From the NCBI GenBank assembly GCA_963702435.1, contig CAVPCR010000004.1, positions 128,001 to 192,000 of the forward strand: DNA of 64,000 nt, written 5' to 3'. A model generated the notes under the pieces. That model was not told the origin of the DNA. It searched no databases and saw nothing but the letters and a program-made list of their open reading frames with translations. Positions 1-9,292 of this stretch are shown here, in pieces. A program made the translations under genes and the position numbers. This stretch comes from Candidatus Eiseniibacteriota bacterium. Its GTDB lineage: Bacteria; Eisenbacteria; RBG-16-71-46; CAVPCR01. Numbering within the stretch: position 1 is the first letter of the stretch; every line of letters starts with the position of its first letter.

Positions 1-1212
1 CACGGTCCAGCCGTCGAGGCCGATCCGCACGAACTGAGCGCCGGGCTCGCCGGGCCGCGAGAAGTTGAAGGGCTGGAACACCTCGAAGCCGCTCGCCGGG
101 TTCCCGGAAAGGACACGTCCGTTCGGAACCGGATTGCTCCCCGTGTCGACCGCCCAGTCGACCGGCGTGCACGGATCGTTCTCGCATTCGTCCGGGATCC
201 CGTTCACGTTGCAGTCCGCGCTCGTCCCGTTCCGGATGTCGTCGAAGTCGCGGATCTGGTTCCCATTGCAGTCCTGGATCGGCTGCAGCGGATCGACATC
301 GAGCGTGAGCCCGGTGGGCGAGTGAGTGGGCTGCGAGGTGTAGAGGAGCTCGAGCCCGCTGCCATCCAGGTTCACGCGGCGCAAGGTGCCCTGGATCTCG
401 TCGGTGAAGTAGGCCTTGCCGCCCGCGAGGTCGAGATCGAGCGCGAAGAGCCCGCTCGAACCGAACACGGCCGGGCTCGAGTCGAAGACGACTCCGAACT
501 CCGAGTCGTCGAGGCGCGCGTAGCCGAGGACATCGCTGTTGGTGTTGGCGTCGAGGAAGTAGATGCGATCGGCGGCGACGTCGAGGGCGAGCGCCGTGGC
601 CGTGTTGAAACCGCGGACGACCGTCTGCACCGGGCCGGTCCCGTCGAGCGCGACGCGGCGGATCTCGTTCGCCGCCGCGAAGTAGACGTAGCCGTTCACC
701 GGATCGACCACCGGCTTCCCGACATAGGAACCGATCGGGTCGTACGGGGTGAGCGTGTAGATGGTCTCGATCCCGGTGCCGTCGAGATTGGCGCGGCGGA
801 TGAGCCCCATCGCGTTTCCCTGCGGCGGCGCTTCCGACCAGTACATCTTCCCGTTCACGCGGTCGACGGCGATGCCACGTGGGATCTTGAGACTCGAGAC
901 GAGGAGCGCAGGATTCGAGCCGTCGGCATTCGCGCGGCGGATCACGCCGGGTGTCGAGCCGTGCGTCCAGTAGAGGCGGGCGGCGACTGGATCGTAGTCG
1001 AGTCCGACCTGGAGCCAGTCGGATGCCGGCGGCGGTACGAGCGCCGTCACGCCCGAGCCATCGAGGAACATGCTTTTGAGGAGCGGGTTGTTGAAGGCGT
1101 ACTCGGCGAGATAGAGGCGGGTCTGCGCCTCGGCCGCCGCAGCGCTCAGGGAGACGAGGAGCGCGAGTGCGATGGCCGGGCCGATCCGGCCCGGGTGGGT
1201 CGTGGGGCGCAT
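1..1212 (-). CDS. Secreted beta-propeller protein (LDL-receptor YWTD-like repeats plus DCNxNG repeats); runs off the window edge
   Basis: Not in the ORF track. Manual translation from ATG 1212 (GGAGG RBS upstream) gives MRPTTHPGRIGPAIALALLVSLSAAAAEAQ (signal peptide), repeats such as RLYWT..IRRANADG, KMYWSE..IRRANLDG and KAYFTD..LRRVNLDG, then DCNGNQIRD/DCNVNGIPDECE. No stop before position 1. Confidence 0.85.
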   Translation of the reverse strand, partial: MRPTTHPGRIGPAIALALLVSLSAAAAEAQTRLYLAEYAFNNPLLKSMFLDGSGVTALVPPPASDWLQVGLDYDPVAARLYWTHGSTPGVIRRANADGSNPALLVSSLKIPRGIAVDRVNGKMYWSEAPPQGNAMGLIRRANLDGTGIETIYTLTPYDPIGSYVGKPVVDPVNGYVYFAAANEIRRVALDGTGPVQTVVRGFNTATALALDVAADRIYFLDANTNSDVLGYARLDDSEFGVVFDSSPAVFGSSGLFALDLDLAGGKAYFTDEIQGTLRRVNLDGSGLELLYTSQPTHSPTGLTLDVDPLQPIQDCNGNQIRDFDDIRNGTSADCNVNGIPDECENDPCTPVDWAVDTGSNPVPNGRVLSGNPASGFEVFQPFNFSRPGEPGAQFVRIGLDGWTV

Positions 1213-1279
1213 GGTGGACCTCCAGGGCGGCCGTCGAGATGGTGCGTCGGGCGTGAAACGACCATCCACGATGATACCA

Positions 1280-2329
1280 CTACTTCGTCACGTCGCCGCG
1301 GCGGGCGACGATCGTCTTCCCGTGCACCGCGAAGTGCGCGGGCAGGAAGCGCTCGACGATGCGCATGTTGGTCTCGGCATGCCCGGTGATCGCGCTCGCA
1401 TGCACTGCGCCGCCCAGGAGCCCGAGGAAGGGGATGATCTGGTCGGCCATCCAGCGGTCGACAGCGGCGCCGCTCGCCCATTCCGCATGGAGAAGCTGGG
1501 CGGCCTCGCGTCCCACCTTCTCGGCGCGCTTTCCGCGCTCGCCGAGGGCGGATGCGCCGAGGATCGCCGTGTCGGTCAAGAGCCGCGCCGTGATGGAGGT
1601 GCCCGGATTCCGCATGGGTGCGCAGACGACCTCCGGCGTGAGCGCGCCCCAGGCGGGATCGCCGGCGGCGGCGAAGCCGTCGATCTGCCGCTCGGCGACG
1701 CGGGCGCGGGCGAGGGTCGCATCGGCCATGCTCGTCACCTCGAGGCGCGGCGATGCGCCTGGGGCTCGGAGGTCGATCCCGGCCGCGGGGAGCGGTCGCC
1801 AGGGCTCGATCGCGGCCCGCACCTCGCCACCGCCCTTCGGGTAGACGCCGCGCCGCTCGATGTGGAGCCGCACGCGCGCCCCGAGGCGCGCGAGATGGGC
1901 GAGGAACACCCCCTCGAGGTAGGCGACGGTGGGGCTCCACGGGACGTCGGTGCCGCCGGTCACGGTGATCGCGACCGGCGCCGGCGCGAAGAGCGCGATC
2001 GTGATCGCGGTCTCGAGGACGAGGGTCACCGCGCCGGCGGTGCCGACGGCGACCGTGAAGGTCCCGCCGCTGAGCGGCGCGGGCTGGAAGAGGAGGTCGG
2101 TCGAGCCGTGGCGCGCGCCCTCGACCGCCGCGCCCGAGAGGGCGCGCGCGGCCTCGATCGCGGCCAGGTGCTGCGCGGCGAGCCCCGGATTCCGGCGGCG
2201 GGCGCGGATGTTCGTGATGCGAAAGGGGCGGCCGGTGACGGCGGAGAGCGCGAGCGACGTGCGGAGGATCTGGCCGCCGCCCTCGCCGCGGCTCCCGTCG
2301 ATCGCGATGATCTCGCGCGGTGCGTTCAA
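1280..2329 (-). CDS. rtcA: RNA 3'-terminal phosphate cyclase
   Basis: IDGSRGEGGGQILRTSLALS, NPGLAAQHL, GGTDVPWSP, RGVYPKGGG, MADQ and the TGHAETN catalytic His region; TTG start. Confidence 0.95.
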   Translation of the reverse strand: MNAPREIIAIDGSRGEGGGQILRTSLALSAVTGRPFRITNIRARRRNPGLAAQHLAAIEAARALSGAAVEGARHGSTDLLFQPAPLSGGTFTVAVGTAGAVTLVLETAITIALFAPAPVAITVTGGTDVPWSPTVAYLEGVFLAHLARLGARVRLHIERRGVYPKGGGEVRAAIEPWRPLPAAGIDLRAPGASPRLEVTSMADATLARARVAERQIDGFAAAGDPAWGALTPEVVCAPMRNPGTSITARLLTDTAILGASALGERGKRAEKVGREAAQLLHAEWASGAAVDRWMADQIIPFLGLLGGAVHASAITGHAETNMRIVERFLPAHFAVHGKTIVARRGDVTK

Positions 2330-2338
2330 CTCACCCCG

Positions 2339-4186
2339 CTAGCGCGAGCGGATCACCTTGCCGGTCGCCTCGCTTCCGGCGAGGCGGAGGAAGTACGTCC
2401 CGGCCGCGACCGACCGGCCGGCGGCGTCCCGGCCATCCCAGCGGACCCGGCCGGCGTTCCCGTCGCGCGCCGGCGCGGCGAGGACGCGCACGAGCCGGCC
2501 GCGCGGGTCGTAGATGAGGAGCCGCGCGCCGTGGGCTCCCGCCCCGACCAGGATGTCAGTGGTGCGCGCGAACGGGTTCGGATGCGCGGCGATGAGGACC
2601 GGCGGCGCCGTCCCCGGCGCGGGGTCGAGCGCGATTGCCGTCGCGCCGCCGAGGATTGCGAACGACCCGGCCGTGATCGCGCTCGCGGTCTCGCTGCCCG
2701 CGGTCACCGTGTAGCGGAGTCGGCAGTCGCTCGAGGCCACCGGCGGCACGATCCACTGGTGGCGCCCGCCGTCGGGGAGCGCGGACGCAATCGGCGTCCA
2801 TGGACCCGCGGGGCCGCTCGTCGAGAGCTCGATCGAGATCGTGGCCGGGACGCCGCCGGGCATGGCGCTCGCCCAGTCGATGAAGGCGACCGCCCCGGCA
2901 CGGAGCGTCGCCGCCGGCCGCGGGCGCACCGGCTTCACGGCCAGCGCGGCCGGCGCGCTCTCTTCCTTGTAGAAATGGAAGCGATTCCGGGTGTTGAAGG
3001 TCGTGCCCTCCTCGGACCAGAGGGCGATGTCGGGGAAGCCGTTGTGATCGGCGTCTCCGCCGGCGCGGAGCGCGGCGCGATAGCCGGGCGTGGGCGTCGA
3101 GAGGGTGGCCGCCGGAGTCCACTGCCCGGTCCCATCGCCGGTCCACACGGTGAGGAGGCGCCGCCCGAAGGCGACCAGGTCCATCGCGCCATCGAGATCC
3201 ATGTCGAAAAGCTGCGTCGCTTCGTAGGTTCCTGAGGAAGGCAGACCGCCGGCGAGGCTCGTCCAGGTGCCGCTCGCGTCACGCCGCCAGACCGCAACAC
3301 CGCCGGTGCTCGTGATGACGGCGAGGTCATCGGCGCCGTCCCCGTCCACGTCGCCGAGGCTCGGGCCGCGGCGGCCGACGGTGCCGCCTGGCGGCAGGTT
3401 CGCGTCCCCGGGGACGAACCCGCCCGCGCCGTCGCCGAGGTAGATCGTCTGGGTCTGGTGAGCACAGGCGAGGTCGGCATATCCGTCGCCATTCACGTCG
3501 CCCGTTGTCAAGTCCTGGGTCGAGTTGCCGCCGACGAAACCGAAGCTCTGCGTCCAGGTGCCGTCGCCCTGGTTCAGGTAGACGTGGACGCCGGCGCAGC
3601 ACCCGAAGGAGATGCTCGCCACATCGAGGTCGCCATCCCCGTCGAAGTCGGCGAGATCGGTGCCGAACATGCCCCAGCTCTCGCCGTTGGTGGCGAGGCC
3701 GTCGTCCCAGGGCGTCCATGCGATCCCGGTGCCGTCGCCGAGCGCGACCTCGAGGAGCTGGTCGCCGAAGTCCGTGCTCGAGTAGTCGTGATGCATGCCG
3801 TAGGCGGCGTCGAGGTGGCCGTCGCCGTTCACATCCCCGAGCGCCACGCCGCCGTAGCCGAAGTCCCCGGTCTGGACGACGCTCCAGGCGCCGGCGCCGT
3901 CCCCGAACCAGACCATGATCCCGTGCTCCTGGGCGTTGATGTTGGGCGAGCCATGGTCGCCGATCGAGACCAGATCCAGGTGGCCGTCGGCATTCACATC
4001 GCTCATCTCGATCTCGGTGCGGCCCGTCTCGAGCGTGGGTGTGGCGAGGCCGGTCGAGGACTCGACGTAGGTGAGGGCGCGGGCGGCGGGCGCGAGGGCG
4101 AGGGTGGACACGATGCAGAACGCGAAGGCAGAGGCGAGGGTGGGGCCCATGGCGAAGGCACCTCCGGGGGTTCGCGGCTCACGCAT
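2339..4186 (-). CDS. Secreted FG-GAP/VCBS-repeat protein with C-terminal FlgD-Ig-like domain
   Basis: Signal peptide, multiple DxNxDGxxD motifs, C-terminal HPNPF...IYDPRGRLVR...WDGRDAAG...GTYFLRL. The start may instead be the ATG near 4150. Confidence 0.85.
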   Translation of the reverse strand: MREPRTPGGAFAMGPTLASAFAFCIVSTLALAPAARALTYVESSTGLATPTLETGRTEIEMSDVNADGHLDLVSIGDHGSPNINAQEHGIMVWFGDGAGAWSVVQTGDFGYGGVALGDVNGDGHLDAAYGMHHDYSSTDFGDQLLEVALGDGTGIAWTPWDDGLATNGESWGMFGTDLADFDGDGDLDVASISFGCCAGVHVYLNQGDGTWTQSFGFVGGNSTQDLTTGDVNGDGYADLACAHQTQTIYLGDGAGGFVPGDANLPPGGTVGRRGPSLGDVDGDGADDLAVITSTGGVAVWRRDASGTWTSLAGGLPSSGTYEATQLFDMDLDGAMDLVAFGRRLLTVWTGDGTGQWTPAATLSTPTPGYRAALRAGGDADHNGFPDIALWSEEGTTFNTRNRFHFYKEESAPAALAVKPVRPRPAATLRAGAVAFIDWASAMPGGVPATISIELSTSGPAGPWTPIASALPDGGRHQWIVPPVASSDCRLRYTVTAGSETASAITAGSFAILGGATAIALDPAPGTAPPVLIAAHPNPFARTTDILVGAGAHGARLLIYDPRGRLVRVLAAPARDGNAGRVRWDGRDAAGRSVAAGTYFLRLAGSEATGKVIRSR

Positions 4187-4236
4187 CGGCGCGGTGCGTG
4201 GGGCCGCGTGCTACGAGGATACGCCCCGGCGGCGGG

Positions 4237-5568
4237 TCACGCCACGGGCGCGAGAAGCCCGGCGCCGGCGAGCGCCGTCGCGGCTTCCCGGATCGCGGTG
4301 AAGGCGAGGCCGGAGCGCTCGGCGATGTCGAGCAGGGAGTGCCGCCCGTCCGACTGGTTCAGCACCCAGAGCCGGGCCCTGCGTTCCTCGTCGGTGCCCG
4401 TGTAGAGCCCGCGCCGGCCGAGCTGGGGCTCACCGAACGGGCACTGATTGACGAAAGTCCCGTCGCCCTCGATCACGGCCAGGACCCGCGCGAGCGTGGC
4501 GTAGGAGTCGGTGAGGCTCTCCGCGGAGACGAAGCTCAGATCGTCGGCGGAGGTGTGGTACTCGGGGTAGGTCCCGTGCTCGGAGCGCGAGAAGCGCCCG
4601 ACCGGGAGATCGAAGCCGGGGGAACAGAACTGCCGCTCGTCGTAGCCGTACGGCGAGAAGTCGAGGATCCGGTGCGCGACGCCCCCGGCGCAGAGGACCT
4701 GGCGCACGACGCGATCGATCGTCGCATCTCCGCGCCGGCTCCTCTTGTAGGTGATCGCGCCGCGATCGCCGACGCCCGCGAGCACGAGGCCGTGGCGAAC
4801 GCGCGCCACGCCATCCCGGTTCCGGGCGAGCCAGGTGATGGCGCCGATCGTCCCGGGGATGAAGAGGATCCGGTAGGAGAGCCGGCGGCGCGCCCCGGCC
4901 AGCGTCCGGGCGAGCTGCGCCAGGACCGCGATGCCGGAGAGATTGTCGTTGGCGAGCGACGGGTGGCAGACATGCGTCGTCAGGAGGACCTCGGCGGTCT
5001 CCTCCCCGGCCAGGTAGAGCTCGCCGTACGACAGGTGCCCGGGGGCGAGGGACGAGTCGATCACGACCTCGTACTCGTCATCCGGCAGCGCCAGATAGTC
5101 GCGATGGCGCAGGCAGAAGCCCCAGCCCGCGGAGTAGTAGCTCGTGCGGTAGGGAATCCAGCCGGGATGATCGGGCAGCGTGTGCAGGTGCGGGCGGAGA
5201 TCGTCGAGGCGCATGCGGGCGTGAACCGGCACGCTGTAGCCGACCAGGTGGAGGTTCGATTCCCGGATATCGATGACCCGTTCGCCGCGCGAGTTCGCCA
5301 CATAGGCGTCGCGCACGTTCCACTCGGGGGGCACCGTCCAGTCGAGGACCGCGGTTCCGCTCGGCACCTCGTGGATCGCGAGGGGCACCGTCCGCCGGAG
5401 GATCTCGAGCGTCTGCCGGAGCCCGTTCCCCGTGATGCTGCGACCGATCGGGAAGAGCTCGGCGATGAGCGCCATCATGGTGGGGCCGACGTCCACGTGC
5501 GGCGCGGGCAGCGCGGGCAGCGCGTGCGGCGCGGGCAGCGCGTGCAGCAGATCCTCGCCGCGGCTCAT
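4237..5568 (-). CDS. DUF4910-family (M28 aminopeptidase-like fold, C-terminal HTH) polysaccharide biosynthesis protein
   Basis: ELFPIGRSITGNG, EVPSGTAVLDWTVPPEW, HVCHPSLANDNLSG, GYDERQFCSPGFDLP, YPEYHTSADDL, GEPQLGRRGLY. ATG 5568 overlaps the upstream stop (ATGA). Confidence 0.9.
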   Translation of the reverse strand: MSRGEDLLHALPAPHALPALPAPHVDVGPTMMALIAELFPIGRSITGNGLRQTLEILRRTVPLAIHEVPSGTAVLDWTVPPEWNVRDAYVANSRGERVIDIRESNLHLVGYSVPVHARMRLDDLRPHLHTLPDHPGWIPYRTSYYSAGWGFCLRHRDYLALPDDEYEVVIDSSLAPGHLSYGELYLAGEETAEVLLTTHVCHPSLANDNLSGIAVLAQLARTLAGARRRLSYRILFIPGTIGAITWLARNRDGVARVRHGLVLAGVGDRGAITYKRSRRGDATIDRVVRQVLCAGGVAHRILDFSPYGYDERQFCSPGFDLPVGRFSRSEHGTYPEYHTSADDLSFVSAESLTDSYATLARVLAVIEGDGTFVNQCPFGEPQLGRRGLYTGTDEERRARLWVLNQSDGRHSLLDIAERSGLAFTAIREAATALAGAGLLAPVA

Positions 5569-6092
5569 GGCGCGTAGCAGGGCAGGTCGCGATCGCGGTC
5601 GGAGAGGATCTTCTCGCCGTCCGGCCACCGGATCGCGAACTGCGGGTCGTCGAAGCGGAAGCCCCGGGCCTGCTCGGGCCGGTAGGACTCCGACATCTCG
5701 TAGAAGATCTCGGTGTCGTCCTCGAGGCTCAGGAAGCCGTGGGCGCAGCCCCGCGGGACGAAGAGCATGTTCCGCGCGCCGGCCGTGAGCACCACCGAGA
5801 AATGCTGCCGGTAGGTGGGCGAGGCTGGTCGGAGATCGACGATCACGTCGAAGATCGATCCCCGCGTCACGCGCACGAGCTTGGCTTCCCAGGACGGAGC
5901 CTGGTAGTGCATCCCGCGGAGCGTGCCGCGCCGGTGGTTGAACGAGATGTTGCTCTGCACCCACTCGACCTCGATGCCGTGGGTCCGGGCCTCCTCCCGG
6001 CACCAGGACCGCGCGAAGAACCCGCGCGCGTCGGCCTTCGGCTCGAGGGTGATGAGGAACGCTCCGGCGAGCGGCGTGGGGGTGAAGATCAC
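5565..6092 (-). CDS. rfbC: dTDP-4-dehydrorhamnose 3,5-epimerase family (NDP-sugar epimerase)
   Basis: DARGFFAR, GTLRGMHYQ, DVIVDLR, GCAHGF motifs. Confidence 0.92.
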   Translation of the reverse strand: MIFTPTPLAGAFLITLEPKADARGFFARSWCREEARTHGIEVEWVQSNISFNHRRGTLRGMHYQAPSWEAKLVRVTRGSIFDVIVDLRPASPTYRQHFSVVLTAGARNMLFVPRGCAHGFLSLEDDTEIFYEMSESYRPEQARGFRFDDPQFAIRWPDGEKILSDRDRDLPCYAP

Positions 6093-7417
6093 GCGCAGAC
6101 TTCCAGCTGTGGGATCGGCACGACGTGCTGCCCGCCCCAGGCGCGGATCGAGGAGGTCTGGGCCACGATCTCATCCTTGAGGTTCCAGGGCAGGATGAGG
6201 AGATAGTCGGGCCGCGTCGCCGCGATGCGGTCCACATCGAAGATCGGAATGTGCGTGCCCGGCAGGTACTTCCCGTGCTTGTACGGGTTGCGGTCCACCG
6301 TGTACTCGAGGAAGTCGGTGCGGATGCCGCAGTAGTTGAGAAGCGTGTTGCCCTTGCCGGGGGCGCCGTAGCCGGCCACGCGCCGTCCGGAATCCCGGGC
6401 CGCGACGAGGAAGGCGAGGAGCTTGCGCTTGGTCTCCGCGACCCGCGCGCCGAACGCCGCGTAGTAGTCGAGGCGCGCGATGCCGAGCTCGGCCTCCCGG
6501 GCGAGGAGCGCGGTCACCGCCGCACTCCCGCCGCCGCCGGCACCGGCACTGGATCCGGCGCCGCCGGCGGCGCCGGCATGCCGGGCGTAGAGGCGAAGCG
6601 AGCCGCCGTGGGTCGGGAGCTCCTCGACGTCCACGACCAGGAGACCGTGCCGCTCGAGGATGCGAACCGCCGTGGTGAGCGAGAAGTAGGAGTAGTGCTC
6701 GTGATAGATCGTGTCGAACTGGTTCCCGGCGATCAGGCGCACGAGATGGGGGAACTCGAGCGTGACGAGGCCGCGGGGCGCGAGGAGGATCCTGATCCCC
6801 GCGATGAAGTCGTTCAGGTCCGGCACCTGGGCGAGCACGTTGTTCCCGATGACGAGATCGGCAGCCCGACCCTCGGCCCGCAGGCGCTCGGCCGCCGCGG
6901 CGCCGAAGAACTCGATGCGGGTCGGGACGCCGCGGGCGGCAGCGGCGCGCGCCACGTTTGCCGCCGGCTCGATGCCGAGCACCGGGATCCGGCGCGGGAG
7001 GAAGTGCTGGAGCAGGTACCCGTCGTTGCTCGCGAGCTCGACGACGAGGCTCCCCGGACCGAGCTCCGCCCGCGCGCTGATCATCTCGACGTACCTGCGG
7101 GCGTGCTCGACCCAGGACGTGGAGTAGGAGGAGAAGTAGGCGTACTCGGTGAAGATCTCCTGCGCCGGCACGTGCTCCGGGAGCTGGACCAGGAAGCAGC
7201 TCGCGCAGACGCGCACGTCGAGCGGGTAGAAGACCTCCGGCCGGTCGAGCTGGTCGGCGGTGAGGAAGGTCTCGCAGAGCGGCGACATGCCGAGATCGAC
7301 GAAGGTGTGCTGGAGCGCGCCGCCGCAGAAGCGGCAGGCCGGCAGCCGACTCCCCGCCGCCGGCGCGCGGCTCGCCGGCCCTGTCGCCGGGTGGCTCCGG
7401 GGGAGCGCCGTGGTCAT
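6089..7417 (-). CDS. NDP-hexose C-methyltransferase family (Zn-binding N-domain, SAM-dependent)
   Basis: CRFC...CASC Zn site, ELASNDGYLL, FDTIYHEHYSYF, THGGSLR, GYGAPGKGNTLLN, ILPWN. ATG 7417 is translationally coupled. Confidence 0.9.
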   Translation of the reverse strand: MTTALPRSHPATGPASRAPAAGSRLPACRFCGGALQHTFVDLGMSPLCETFLTADQLDRPEVFYPLDVRVCASCFLVQLPEHVPAQEIFTEYAYFSSYSTSWVEHARRYVEMISARAELGPGSLVVELASNDGYLLQHFLPRRIPVLGIEPAANVARAAAARGVPTRIEFFGAAAAERLRAEGRAADLVIGNNVLAQVPDLNDFIAGIRILLAPRGLVTLEFPHLVRLIAGNQFDTIYHEHYSYFSLTTAVRILERHGLLVVDVEELPTHGGSLRLYARHAGAAGGAGSSAGAGGGGSAAVTALLAREAELGIARLDYYAAFGARVAETKRKLLAFLVAARDSGRRVAGYGAPGKGNTLLNYCGIRTDFLEYTVDRNPYKHGKYLPGTHIPIFDVDRIAATRPDYLLILPWNLKDEIVAQTSSIRAWGGQHVVPIPQLEVCA

Positions 7418-8475
7418 GCCGCCATCCTCTTCGTCCAGCGGAGCTCCTGGTCGAGAGCGCCTTGCTCGCGGAGCCGCGTCAGGTGATTGATGCGCATGAG
7501 GCCGGAGTCGCGGAACGCGCCGTCGCGGAAACCCATCGCAACGAGGGCGTCGCGGAGCCGCAGGATCGAGGCATCGAGGTCGGCGGCGGGCTGATGCGCC
7601 GGCGCGAGCCGCCGGAACAGTCCGAAGTCCACGCGATAGGAGCGCCGGTCCGGGGGCGCGGCTTCGTTGATCGCGACCCGTCCGCCGTCGACGCGGGCGG
7701 CCACCGCGGCCGCCAGATCCCGGACCCGGAAGTTCCAGGCGCCGGAGCCGGCGTTGACGGCCAGGAAGCCGTTGTCGTCGCCGGCCGGCTCCCGCGCGAT
7801 GGCCCACTCGATCGCGCGCGCCATGTCCGCCACGTCGATGAGCGGGCGCCAGGGCGTGCCGTCGCTCAGCACCGTGATGGTCTGGCCGGCGACCGCGCAG
7901 GCGAGGAAGTCGTTCAAGACGAGGTCGAGCCGGAGACGAGGACTCATGCCGCAGGCGGTCGCGAAGCGGAGGCTCGTCACCCGGAAGTCGGAGGTGGCCA
8001 GGGGGCGGAGATCGCGTTCGGCGAGGGCCTTGGAGCGCGCGTAGGGCGTGAGCGGGTCGAGCGGCGACCGCTCGGTGCGCGGCCGATCATCGGCGGAGCC
8101 GTACAGGCTGCAGCTCGAAGCGAAGACGAACGAGCGCACGCCGGCGGCGCGCGCCATCGCGGCGAGCTTCACCGTCGCCACATGGTTGATCTGGTAGGTC
8201 GCCTGCGTGTAGGCGTTCCCGATCGGGTCGTTGGAGATCGCCGCGAGATGGACGACGGCGTCCGTGCCCGCGAGGAGAGCGGGATCGAAGCCGCGCACGT
8301 CGCCCACGTGCTGCTCGTCGAGCTGGGACTCCGGCGGCACATCGGTGCCGGTCAGGCAGGGCGCGAAGAACCCGGCGTCGAAGCCCGCGATCATCGCATC
8401 AGGGAAGGCGGCACGCAGATGCCCGCCGACGACCGAGCCGACGTAGCCCATGTTCCCCGTCACCAGGATCTTCAT
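7414..8475 (-). CDS. NAD-dependent sugar epimerase/dehydratase (extended SDR)
   Basis: MKILVTGNMGYVG Rossmann motif, HLAAISNDP, SSCSLYG, YARSK. ATGA coupling at 8472-8475. Confidence 0.92.
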   Translation of the reverse strand: MKILVTGNMGYVGSVVGGHLRAAFPDAMIAGFDAGFFAPCLTGTDVPPESQLDEQHVGDVRGFDPALLAGTDAVVHLAAISNDPIGNAYTQATYQINHVATVKLAAMARAAGVRSFVFASSCSLYGSADDRPRTERSPLDPLTPYARSKALAERDLRPLATSDFRVTSLRFATACGMSPRLRLDLVLNDFLACAVAGQTITVLSDGTPWRPLIDVADMARAIEWAIAREPAGDDNGFLAVNAGSGAWNFRVRDLAAAVAARVDGGRVAINEAAPPDRRSYRVDFGLFRRLAPAHQPAADLDASILRLRDALVAMGFRDGAFRDSGLMRINHLTRLREQGALDQELRWTKRMAA

Positions 8476-9287
8476 GCGACGCGTCCTTCCTCGTGCCCGC
8501 TCCGGGGTGACCGGCCGTTCTTCCACACCATCCACGGCGTATCCCCCTGCTCCACCATGCTGTCGAGCTGCATCTTGTCCTTGAAGGTGTCGGCGCAGAC
8601 CCAGAACCCGCGGTAGTCGTAGGTCACGAGCTCGCGGGCTCGGATCAGGCGATGGAAAGGCTCCTCGACCAGGTCCTCGCCGGGCCGCATGTGGTCGAAG
8701 ATCTCCTGCTTCAAAACGAAGAAGCCGCAGTTGATGTGGGTGGCGGCATGGACCGGCTTGATGTCGGTGACCAGATGCTGCTCGTTCCACCGGACGACGT
8801 GGAAGCTCGCGGTCGGGCGCACCGACAGGAAGCACGCCACCTTGTCCTGCCGGCGGGCGAAGTCGAGGTAGGAGTCGAGAGGCAGATCGGTCAGACCGTC
8901 CGAGTAGTTGGCCAGGAAGGCCGGTTCGCCCTCGAGGTAGCGGCGCACCCGGCACAGGCGCTCGCCGATCGTGCTCGTGAGCCCGGTATCCACGAAGGTG
9001 ATGTTCCAGTCGTGGATGTCCTGGTTCTGGAGCTCGAGATCGTTGCCGCCGTTGCGCATCACGAAGTCGTTGGAGATCGCCTCGTTGTACTGGAGGAAGA
9101 ACTCCTTGATCGAGTCGCCGCGGTAACCCAGGCACAGGATGAAGTCCTTGTGGCCATGGTGCGCGTAGTACTTCATGACGTGCCAGAGGAGCGGCTGGTC
9201 GCCGATCTTGACCATCGGCTTCGGGATCTGCTGCGAGTAGTCGCGGATCCGGAGTCCCAGGCCGCCGCAGAAGAGCACCACCTTCAT
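8472..9287 (-). CDS. rfbF: Glucose-1-phosphate cytidylyltransferase
   Basis: MKVVLFCGGLGLRIRD, PKPMVKIG, LCLGYRG, NYSDG, GFWVCADTFKD. Confidence 0.9.
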   Translation of the reverse strand: MKVVLFCGGLGLRIRDYSQQIPKPMVKIGDQPLLWHVMKYYAHHGHKDFILCLGYRGDSIKEFFLQYNEAISNDFVMRNGGNDLELQNQDIHDWNITFVDTGLTSTIGERLCRVRRYLEGEPAFLANYSDGLTDLPLDSYLDFARRQDKVACFLSVRPTASFHVVRWNEQHLVTDIKPVHAATHINCGFFVLKQEIFDHMRPGEDLVEEPFHRLIRARELVTYDYRGFWVCADTFKDKMQLDSMVEQGDTPWMVWKNGRSPRSGHEEGRVA

Positions 9288-9292
9288 GCCGT

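Noticed and set aside
322..1389. Long plus-strand ORF, and the many other long antisense or alternate-frame ORFs (e.g. 1172-3235, 39721-41814, 49598-51682, 60871-63318)
   Set aside because: Shadow ORFs of real genes on the opposite strand or frame. They have Arg/Gly/Pro-rich, motif-free translations, as expected at very high GC.
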